64,000 nucleotides of DNA from an uncultured virus (IMG/VR IMGVR_UViG_3300017971_000268) (taxonomy: Duplodnaviria > Heunggongvirae > Uroviricota > Caudoviricetes): the IMG/VR virus record IMGVR_UViG_3300017971_000268; one strand, written 5' to 3'. This document shows positions 17,198 to 25,900 of the stretch, in pieces (the first letter of the stretch is position 1; each line of letters starts with the position of its first letter). The notes beneath the pieces were generated by a model that was not told the origin of the DNA, made no database searches, and saw only the letters and a list, made by a program, of their open reading frames with translations. The position numbers and the translations under genes were made by a program.

Positions 17198-17429
17198 GAG
17201 ATTAACTATGGCTGAATTACTTAAATTTTGGAAGATTCAAACATATAGTCCTGATGAGTTTTTTAAAAAAGTTTGCAATGCTGAAGATGAGAAAATTATA
17301 TCGAGAAAGCAAGGAAAGAGTCTTATTAATCTTTTTTCAAGATTAAAGAGTAAGACAAGTAATAATCTGTCAAAGAAGGATAATAAATGTATCGATACTG
17401 TCTTTGAATTTTTGGAAATCGTGTTTTAA
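17190..17429 (+). CDS. hypothetical protein
   Basis: ORF in operon; AGGAG before the internal ATG. Confidence 0.55.
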   Translation: MDRRLTMAELLKFWKIQTYSPDEFFKKVCNAEDEKIISRKQGKSLINLFSRLKSKTSNNLSKKDNKCIDTVFEFLEIVF

Positions 17430-17432
17430 ACA

Positions 17433-18131
17433 TTGAGTTTTATTATGAACGCAGTAAAATTAAACACTACAGCAGTTAATAATTATTCTAAAAGACCTTT
17501 TAGAATAATTTTATTTTTAAGAAGTTTTTTTTGTGTTTTTAATTTTCTTTTTATCAAATTACGGAATAATTTATTTGGATATTCTAGTAATTGTAAACAT
17601 ATTAATAAAACTTCTTTTAGACCAGTTGCTGACATAGAAGAAAGAAAAACAAATATTTATGATTTTAATAAGATTAAAAAAAATAGAAAGAAACATAAAA
17701 GAATAAAAACATCTAAACGATATAAAAAGTCCCACCTAAAATTTAAATTACCGTCCATAGGATTACCTTCTATTAACTTCCCTAAAATAAATTGGGACGT
17801 ATTTATTCCATTTTTGAAAATTGTTTTTAAATATCTTTTTATATTATCGTTGTGCTTTTCTATAGTATTTGGATTTTTATGGTTATTTACATCAGAGATA
17901 CTAGATATACTTAAAACAGAACAAGATTTGACTAGAAAAAAAGTAATTAGGTCAATAGTACTTGAAGAAGTTACTCCAGAGAGAGCAAGAGTTGAAAGTT
18001 TTTCAAACAGATTAATAGAAGTAGAAGAGGCTTTGAATTTAAAAAAGAATCCACAACTTAAACCGAAAAAGAAGAAAAAGAGAAAATATCGAGTTATGAA
18101 CAGTAAAAAAGTAAAATACATTATAAGGTAA
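17433..18131 (+). CDS. basic membrane-anchored protein
   Basis: TM segment YLFILSLCFSIVFGFLWLF; Lys-rich. Confidence 0.55.
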   Translation: MSFIMNAVKLNTTAVNNYSKRPFRIILFLRSFFCVFNFLFIKLRNNLFGYSSNCKHINKTSFRPVADIEERKTNIYDFNKIKKNRKKHKRIKTSKRYKKSHLKFKLPSIGLPSINFPKINWDVFIPFLKIVFKYLFILSLCFSIVFGFLWLFTSEILDILKTEQDLTRKKVIRSIVLEEVTPERARVESFSNRLIEVEEALNLKKNPQLKPKKKKKRKYRVMNSKKVKYIIR

Positions 18132-18137
18132 TTTATT

Positions 18138-18788
18138 ATGATTAAGAAAAAGGATGTATCAAAAGTTGTTAAAGATAGGAGAACCCATTATCATTTACCA
18201 AAAGCTCATTTTAGAGTTTTATTAGGAATTGTTATAGCCTTGTTTGTAACATCTTTTGTATCTACCACTATAATAGTTGTGTCGAGAAATGAATCTATTG
18301 ATTCAAATTCTTATTTAGGCAGATTGAAAAAAGCAAAAGAAAAATATGAATATTTTACTGAGAAATTAACAACTCTTGAATTGCTTAATTATTGGACAAA
18401 TAATTATGTAGATGTCGAATATAAAAAAAATGGAAACATTAAATTTAAGGAAGCTGATTGTGTATCAGCAGTATACCATTGTTTGGAACATTATGGATAT
18501 TTAAGAAGCATTCTTAATGTTAATAGTATGGTAAGAGAACTGAAAAGGACAAAATCGAAAAGAATCTCAAACAAAAAAGAATTACGACCTGGAAATCTTT
18601 TGTTTCTTAATGAACATGTTGCCCTTGTAGCTGGACTAACTCCTTCAGGATTAATTATTTACATTGATGTTAATGGTAAGAATATGGGGTTTGGGATTAA
18701 CACTATAAAGTTTGATTCTAAAAGAATCGAAGGAATTTATAAAATGTCATTCGAGATGTGGGCTGGAGATTTAATAAATCAAGTGTAG
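18138..18788 (+). CDS. membrane-anchored NlpC/P60-like cell-wall peptidase
   Basis: N-terminal TM; ADCVSAV (Cys) and RPGNLLF..EHVALV (His). Confidence 0.7.
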   Translation: MIKKKDVSKVVKDRRTHYHLPKAHFRVLLGIVIALFVTSFVSTTIIVVSRNESIDSNSYLGRLKKAKEKYEYFTEKLTTLELLNYWTNNYVDVEYKKNGNIKFKEADCVSAVYHCLEHYGYLRSILNVNSMVRELKRTKSKRISNKKELRPGNLLFLNEHVALVAGLTPSGLIIYIDVNGKNMGFGINTIKFDSKRIEGIYKMSFEMWAGDLINQV

Positions 18789-19156
18789 GCACATATATGG
18801 TATTTCCTAAATTAGATGAATTTTATATTAATCTTTCCTACATTATTCAGTACATTGTGTATTATGGATATACTATCAATGAAAGAGGATACAAGAAAAA
18901 ATTCGGTAAAGAATTGGATTACCTTGTAAACCTAGAAATTATAGAAAAATATGAATTAGTATTATATAAAACCCCCAAGTTGATAATGTGTGATGTATCT
19001 TTTACGGTTAAATCTAATAAAAAATATAAAACTTACGAGGTCAGATTAGACTTAACTAAAAATATGCATAATGGTGTCTCGCTTTTACATAATAATAATG
19101 TATATTTTTTTGATGTATTTTGTATAAGCTATGGAAAAGATAGCGGATTATTGTAA
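18758..19156 (+). CDS. hypothetical protein
   Basis: ORF in operon. Confidence 0.5.
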   Translation: MGWRFNKSSVGTYMVFPKLDEFYINLSYIIQYIVYYGYTINERGYKKKFGKELDYLVNLEIIEKYELVLYKTPKLIMCDVSFTVKSNKKYKTYEVRLDLTKNMHNGVSLLHNNNVYFFDVFCISYGKDSGLL

Positions 19157-19176
19157 AGGAAGACGTATATTAAAAT

Positions 19177-19359
19177 ATGGGAAATCTCATAAAATTTTGT
19201 ATTGAATGTGGTACTTGGACAAATCAGATTGAAGTTAAGCCTAATAAATTCAAATGTTTGGGATGTAAGAAAACAAGCCACATTTTCAATCCCATCTTCA
19301 ATTCAGAAGAACTGCAAAAAATAAAAAATAGATTGACAAAAAAATTAGTTGAAGAATAA
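19177..19359 (+). CDS. zinc-ribbon protein
   Basis: FCIECG...KCLGC. Confidence 0.65.
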   Translation: MGNLIKFCIECGTWTNQIEVKPNKFKCLGCKKTSHIFNPIFNSEELQKIKNRLTKKLVEE

Positions 19360-19657
19360 AAAAGTTGTTGAAAAGTTAAGGGCGATATTAAGAATGATTA
19401 ATCAAGAAAATCGTAAAGATGAAATTGAGAAAACTTTAATTGGCATAATTTCAAAATGTTTGTGTATAGATGGGTCGGAGATAGCACCAGAATCAAACCT
19501 CTTTAACGATTTAAGTATTGACGATTTAGATTTTATAGAAATTTTAACAACAATTGAAGGGCTTCTGAACATAGAGATATCAGAATCGGAATCTGATGTC
19601 TTTTCAAGTGTTCAGAGCTTATTAGATTGTGTTGAAAATAAATTACAAGAAAATTAA
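19349..19657 (+). CDS. acyl carrier protein homolog lacking the phosphopantetheine Ser (start probably 19393-19394, MINQE)
   Basis: EIAPESNLFNDLSIDDLDFIEILTTIEGLLNIEISESES..FSSVQSLLDCV follows the AcpP pattern. Confidence 0.8.
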   Translation: MKNKKVVEKLRAILRMINQENRKDEIEKTLIGIISKCLCIDGSEIAPESNLFNDLSIDDLDFIEILTTIEGLLNIEISESESDVFSSVQSLLDCVENKLQEN

Positions 19658-19862
19658 CGTGTGTGTTAAAGTAGGAGTATAAGAAGACAAAGGTGGGGAA
19701 TTCGTTTGTAAGAATAGGAGAAACTTTGGACTGATTTTTTGACATAGTACTACAATAACATTATTGCACGTAATTTTAAATGCCTTTTTAGTTCAATAAA
19801 AATCAATAAAATCTAAAAAGCTCATTTAATAATCAATAAAAAACCAATGGAGGTATTTTAAA

Positions 19863-21104
19863 ATGATTTATGCATTAGAAACTTATTTTGGTGAACTGGA
19901 TGAATCTGGTTCGTCAGGAGACTACGCAGTAGAAAAAACTATTACTTCGGACTCTAACGGAAACCCGATTAACAACGTTTTAAGGATTGTAAATCCCGAT
20001 TCAGTATTCAAGTATTGGAGATCTTGGCCAGCTTGTGATGATGGAGAAGTTCGTCCTTTTATAATTGCGAATGATTATGAGGGTGACGGAATTCTTGCCA
20101 AGCTTTTAGGGGATTATCATCCTTTTAAATGGTTTGTTGGGGGTATTCTAGAATCAACGAAAGATGAGAATAATCAGAAAAAGTATATTTATGAAGAGAC
20201 TGACCCTGAACTTATACTTCAAATAGCTTACAACAATGATAGATCTGGTGGTTCTGGGCATTGGAGACCTCGAAAAGAGTACGCTTTTAATATTATTGAC
20301 AGACAGCCTGAATCAAAAGGAGAGCATGTAGGTCAAAACTGGTGTGCTGTTAACTCTCATACTAAATTATTAAGAATGCCATCAACCGCTTTGGAACAGT
20401 TAAAAGCTGTTTATGAAGCTAATGGTAAAGTTGATGAATATGATATTAATTATACAAAGCAAGGCAAAGGCAGAAACACAAAACACTACATTCAAAGAGC
20501 TGGAGAAAAATTACCTAATATCGTAATAGGGTATCTCACACAAGAAGAAAAAACATATCAAACCTATGATTTAAAAGAAGAGTGTAAACTCTCATCTGCA
20601 CAATACATATTAAAGTATCTAGCAAATACCATACAAAGAGTAGACGGTGTTTTGGGTACAAGTTATTATCAAGAACTACAAAAACAGGCTGAAATTGAAA
20701 AAGCCGAATGGAACGCCCAAAAACAGGATGCTGCTCCAGTTAATGTTGCGACAACATCTCCTCCGCCTACAACAACGCCTTCCCCTACTGTGGTTCAACA
20801 TACTCCACCACAGCAACAAACTCAACCACCAAGTACGGAGCAGGTTCAACAACCTCAAGCGATTCCAACACCGCAAGAACAGACTCCTCCAGCAGCACCT
20901 GTGAGGAGTAGGGTTCCAATTGCTTCTGACGAGAAAACGATAGATTGTCCGTTCTGTAAAAAGAGCATACCAGAGTCTTCAGAAACTTGTCCTGAATGCA
21001 ATAACAAGTTAATGGAACCCTGTGATAAATGTAAGACTCCTTTTAGTATTCTCGAAACAACGTGTCCTAATCCAGACTGTAAAGCACAGTATAAGGTTGG
21101 TTAA
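19863..21104 (+). CDS. gp32-like ssDNA-binding protein with P/Q-rich linker and C-terminal double zinc ribbon
   Basis: WRPRKEYAFNIIDR, YDINYTKQGKGRNTKHY; four C-terminal Cys pairs; position in replication cluster. Confidence 0.65.
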   Translation: MIYALETYFGELDESGSSGDYAVEKTITSDSNGNPINNVLRIVNPDSVFKYWRSWPACDDGEVRPFIIANDYEGDGILAKLLGDYHPFKWFVGGILESTKDENNQKKYIYEETDPELILQIAYNNDRSGGSGHWRPRKEYAFNIIDRQPESKGEHVGQNWCAVNSHTKLLRMPSTALEQLKAVYEANGKVDEYDINYTKQGKGRNTKHYIQRAGEKLPNIVIGYLTQEEKTYQTYDLKEECKLSSAQYILKYLANTIQRVDGVLGTSYYQELQKQAEIEKAEWNAQKQDAAPVNVATTSPPPTTTPSPTVVQHTPPQQQTQPPSTEQVQQPQAIPTPQEQTPPAAPVRSRVPIASDEKTIDCPFCKKSIPESSETCPECNNKLMEPCDKCKTPFSILETTCPNPDCKAQYKVG

Positions 21105-21659
21105 ATGTATTTGGGATTGGATTTGTCATTATCGGGTAGTGGTGTTGTTGTAATTGATTCCAGTTACAGCATTATTCACAAAGAACTTCTCTCTACACCA
21201 ATGAAGGGTGTAGAGAGATTGTTCTTTCTCGAAGAGAAATTTGTGAATTCGATTTCTAAATATATTAGAGATTTAAAATTAGTGTGTATAGAATCTCCAG
21301 CCTATGGGGTTTCAGAAGGAAATCTTTTTAGTTTAGGTCAATGGGGCGGAATAGTAGAATTAAATCTTTTTAAGTTAGGATTGAAATTTATTTATGCAAG
21401 TCCAACACAATTAAAGAAATATGTACTAGGTTCTGGAAAAGGACAAAAAACATTAATGCTATTAAAAACTTTTCAACAATTTAATGAAGAATTTGATGAT
21501 GATAATATTTGTGATGCTTATTCCTTATCAAGGATTGCCCATGATTATCATTTTAAATATGAATTGAATAAAGATATTAAAACTAAAAAATATCAATTGG
21601 AAGTATTAAAAAGTATACACAAGAGTTTGACAGAGAAAGATGATGGAACTGTTATATGA
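21105..21659 (+). CDS. ruvC: RuvC-like Holliday junction resolvase
   Basis: YLGLDLSLSGSG, VCIESPAY, PTQLKKYVLG, DDNICDAY. Confidence 0.85.
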   Translation: MYLGLDLSLSGSGVVVIDSSYSIIHKELLSTPMKGVERLFFLEEKFVNSISKYIRDLKLVCIESPAYGVSEGNLFSLGQWGGIVELNLFKLGLKFIYASPTQLKKYVLGSGKGQKTLMLLKTFQQFNEEFDDDNICDAYSLSRIAHDYHFKYELNKDIKTKKYQLEVLKSIHKSLTEKDDGTVI

Positions 21660-22213
21660 GTAAAGCATTTTCTCATGATAGGGTGAACACGGGAAAAGAG
21701 GAATGGTTAACTCCTCCAGAAATAATAAAAGTACTGGGGGAGTTTGATTTGGATCCTTGTGCTCCTATAACCCGTCCTTGGGATATGGCAAAGAATCATT
21801 ATACTATTAATGATCATGGATTGTTACAGAAATGGGAGGGGAGAATTTGGCTTAATCCTCCCTATGGTAACAAAACACATGATTGGTTGTTAAAATTAGC
21901 AAATCATGGCAATGGTATTGCTTTGACATTTGCTAGAACAGAAACGCTTATGTTTTTTGATTGTGTTTGGGATAAAGCAGACGCTGTTTTCTTTTTTAAG
22001 GGAAGATTAAAGTTTTATCATAGAGATGGAAGTGAGGGAGATACTGCCGGAGCACCGAGCATTTTAATAGCATATGGTTTTGATAATGTAGTATCTCTTA
22101 AAAATAGTGGGTTAAATGGTAAGTTCATTTTATTAAATGAAGAATATAAAGTTAAATTAAAAGAAAATGAAATTAAAGACAATATAGTTGAAGAAGTTTC
22201 ATTATTTAATTAA
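21656..22213 (+). CDS. phage DNA N6-adenine methyltransferase (Dam-like)
   Basis: EWLTPPEI, FDLDPCA, WLNPPY, ARTET, GRLKF. Confidence 0.9.
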   Translation: MSKAFSHDRVNTGKEEWLTPPEIIKVLGEFDLDPCAPITRPWDMAKNHYTINDHGLLQKWEGRIWLNPPYGNKTHDWLLKLANHGNGIALTFARTETLMFFDCVWDKADAVFFFKGRLKFYHRDGSEGDTAGAPSILIAYGFDNVVSLKNSGLNGKFILLNEEYKVKLKENEIKDNIVEEVSLFN

Positions 22214-22225
22214 GGAGGGAGTCAG

Positions 22226-22447
22226 ATGTTAGATAAGCTTAAAGAAATTTTTGGAGATATGTCTAAGTGGATTCTTTTAGGCATAGTAGGAATTGCTGTA
22301 ATACTAGGTATAGTTCTTTTTGTTTTTATAATTAAAAACATTAAGATTGTTATCATATGTGGTGTTATAGCATTGGTAGTTGGAGTTGTTGGTTATATTC
22401 TCTATATGAAATTTAAACCTAAAGCTTCAGAATTATTAATATTTTAA
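22226..22447 (+). CDS. 2-TM membrane protein
   Basis: Two hydrophobic helices; AGGAGG RBS. Confidence 0.7.
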   Translation: MLDKLKEIFGDMSKWILLGIVGIAVILGIVLFVFIIKNIKIVIICGVIALVVGVVGYILYMKFKPKASELLIF

Positions 22448-22476
22448 ATATGGGAGAGGTTAAATCTCTCCCATAT
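22448..22476 (+). terminator. hairpin/terminator
   Basis: ATATGGGAGAG/CTCTCCCATAT 11-bp stem. Confidence 0.6.
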
Positions 22477-22487
22477 ATTAATTTGAA

Positions 22488-22949
22488 ATGAATTTTGAAC
22501 CGCCTGTTGGATATAGGGTGTTAATTATAAGGACTTTAGAAAGAGGTCACGAAATTAAGTATTATCAAGATGGGAAAGTATTTACATTAGAAAAAGCATT
22601 AGAAATAGTTAAGGTAGCAATCCCTATGTTAACTCCAAACAGAGAAGAGAAAAGACAAAACGGTAGACGTTTCAAAGAAGACGGTGAAGAAATGTTTACT
22701 TTAACTGCTCAAGATCAGCATGGAGTGATGGTTAAGGATGAAGCTATTCCTAAAAGAAGAATAAGAAGACTTACCCCTAAAGAATGTGAACGTTTGATGG
22801 GATTGGAAGATGATTGGACGAGATGGGGTATTGATGAAGATGGTAATGAATATGAAGTCTCGGATACACAACGCTATCGGATGGCTGGAAATGGTGTTGT
22901 AGTAGACGTTGTAAGAGAGATTATAAGGAGATTGGTTAATGCAAGTTGA
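22488..22949 (+). CDS. C-terminal part of a C5-cytosine DNA methyltransferase (split or truncated)
   Basis: FTLTAQDQHGV, IRRLTPKECERLMG (motif IX), QRYRMAGNGV (motif X); no PC catalytic motif. Confidence 0.75.
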   Translation: MNFEPPVGYRVLIIRTLERGHEIKYYQDGKVFTLEKALEIVKVAIPMLTPNREEKRQNGRRFKEDGEEMFTLTAQDQHGVMVKDEAIPKRRIRRLTPKECERLMGLEDDWTRWGIDEDGNEYEVSDTQRYRMAGNGVVVDVVREIIRRLVNAS

Positions 22950-25900
22950 AGAAATAAGAGCCATACCTCAAGGAATCAGAACTCGACCTCAGATGTTGGA
23001 CAAGGTTTTTGATAACAAGTTCTGTAAAAAATGTAAGCTCTATCAATGTGCAAAGAATCCTTATATAGAAGGAAGGGGCAATAAGAATGCTAAATTATTA
23101 ATTATAGGTGAAGCTCCTGGAAAAAATGAAGATGAGATGGGACAAGTTTTTGTAGGAAGTTCTGGAAAGACTTTGCAGGAAAGGCTTAATAGATATGATA
23201 TTGATTATTATATAACCAACGCTGTAAAATGTTTAGACGGTAAATCCTTAGTAAAAACAAAAGAAGGTAATAAGCGGATTAATTGGATAGTAAAAAACAA
23301 ATGGGATGGTGAAGTTCTTTCTATTAATAAAGATGGTGAGTTTGTCTGGAAAAATATTTATGGTTGGCACAGAAGTCTCATTAATAATAGAGACATATAT
23401 AAAATATCAATAATAGATGGTAAAAACAATCCAAATGGAAAACCTAACATTTTAGTAACAGAAGATCATATTATTATTACTGAAAGAGGTGAGGTTTTAG
23501 CAAAAGATCTTGTTTCTGGAAAGGATAAAATTGCTACTGGAACTCCTTATTTTGGAGGACATAGATCAGAACAATTAATTATTGGATCATTGATGGGGGA
23601 TGCGTTTGTTTCAAATAGAAATTATTTAGAAGAAAGACATTCTCTGAAACAAAGAGAATACCTACTTTTAAAAACCAAATTGTTGGAATATTGGAAACCC
23701 TCTATAAGTAAAGGAACTATTAGAAACAACAAAAAATCTTATTCTTATATTGGGTATAGGATTTCAAGTACATTATTTTTTAAACAATTAAGGAAACAGT
23801 TTTATAAAAACGGGAAAAAAATTTTTCCCGAACATTATGTAAATAGATTAAATATTTTTGGACTAGCTATAATTTTTATGGATGATGGCTACGGTAGATA
23901 TTATGATAATAATAAGCATTCGAGAAGTGAGGACACGTTTCAAGTTGAAATTGCATTAGGAAAGATTGATGAAAAATCAGCCAAAAACATTGTGAACAGG
24001 TTTAAAGAATTAGGGTATGATGTATATGTTACAAATAAAGATATTTATAGATTAAGATTTAAATATAAAAAGGCTTATAAATTCTTAAAGGATATTGCAA
24101 AATATGTTCCCCATAGTATGAGGTATAAGTTGCCCGAATCTTTGAGAGATTATCCTTTTATGGAAAGTGCTTACAAACCAGAAAAAACAAAGACATACTA
24201 TTCTGAAATAAATGTTTCAAAAGTGGATTATTCAAAATTATCTAATTCAAAATCGGTTTATTGTATTGATGTAAAAGATACTCATAACTTTGTAACACCT
24301 TCTGGAGTTGTTCATAATTGTAGACCTACAGATGCTCAATCTAAAAATAGAACTCCTAGACCTGTTGAGATTAAATGTTGTCTTCCTTTTACAATGAAAA
24401 TAATAGAAGAAATAAAGCCTAAAGTTATATTAACATTAGGAAGAATACCGATGTCTCAAATACTTGGATTGAATTTAAGTATGAAGATTATGAGAGGGCA
24501 TACCTATTACCATCCAGAATTAAATGTTACAATAATTCCCACATACCACCCTGCATATTTAGGGAGAGTTAACGATGCTTTATATTACAAACAATTCGAA
24601 AATGATTTATTAATTGCTAATAATTTAGCGTATGCTCCGGCAAAAAGAATATTACCACCGTCACCAATTTCTATGAAAGATCCAATAGAAATAAAGGAGT
24701 ATTTAGAATCATTATTAAACGTTGATGCTATTGCAATAGACTTAGAAACAAGTGGGACTGATCATATTAATGATAAAATAACTGATATATCTTTTTGTGC
24801 TAAAGCTGGTGAGGGTGTTCACATATCTTGGGATGATATAATACCTCATTTTGAATTATTGAGTGAGGTAATGATGTCAGATGCTGTTAAGGTTGGTCAG
24901 AACTTTACTTTTGATATAAAGTTTTTAAGAATGGCTGGAGTAGATGTTAACAATTATTCTTTTGATACCTTACTAGCAGAACATATGTTAACAATGAGTT
25001 ATGAAAAGAAAGAAGTGAGTGGTTTGTATAAATTGAAGAACATGGCATGGAAAGGAACTCCTATGGGAGGTTACGAAGAAGTTCTTGGCTCTGGAGGAAT
25101 CAAAAAAGCGGTTAAAAAGAAAGAGAAAAAGAAAGATGAAGATGTTTTTCAAGGAAATTTATTTGAAAATCCTAATGAAAAAAAGAATGAAGAGCTAGAA
25201 AAATTTGCAAACGTTATAGATGTTATTAGAAAGAAAAAGTTAGAGGATTCTGGATTAGAACCTTTAGAATATTATTCAGCAATGGATGCGGACGTTACAT
25301 TTAGACTTTTTCAAAGACAGAAACCTTTGATTGATAAAGATTTCTCTTTTCCTTTTTATGAAATAGTAATGCCGTTATCATGGACATTAATGAGAGTAGA
25401 GGAAAATGGTATTAGGTTAAATTCGGATTATATGAATTCTATTAAGATTGATAATCTAGAAAATATGGAAAGATGTAAACAAGAATTATTTAATCTGGCA
25501 GGGAAAGAATTTAATTTAAACTCTACTGATGATTTAAAAGATTTAATATTTAATAAGTTAAAGATAACACCTAGTGATGAATTTAAAACCAAACCAAGCA
25601 AAACCTATCCTGATGGGCAGTACTCAACCGATGAAAAAGCAATAGCGTATTATAGCTCGAAAAATCCAGCATTGAATTTTTTGATTGAATACAGAAAACT
25701 TTACAAAGAGAACTCTACTTATATAGACGGCTTTAAAAAATTTATGCAAGAAGATACTTGGAGAGTCCATCCTAATTATTTACAACACTCAACTGCTACT
25801 GGAAGATTGAGTTGTATTTCGGAAGGGACGAAAATAACGATGGTTGGAGAAGAAAGAAATATAGAAAATGTTAAAGTTGGTGATTTAGTTTATTGTTATG

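Noticed and set aside
19739..19767. Promoter upstream of the SSB gene
   Set aside because: TTGACA is present but there is no convincing -10 at 16-18 bp
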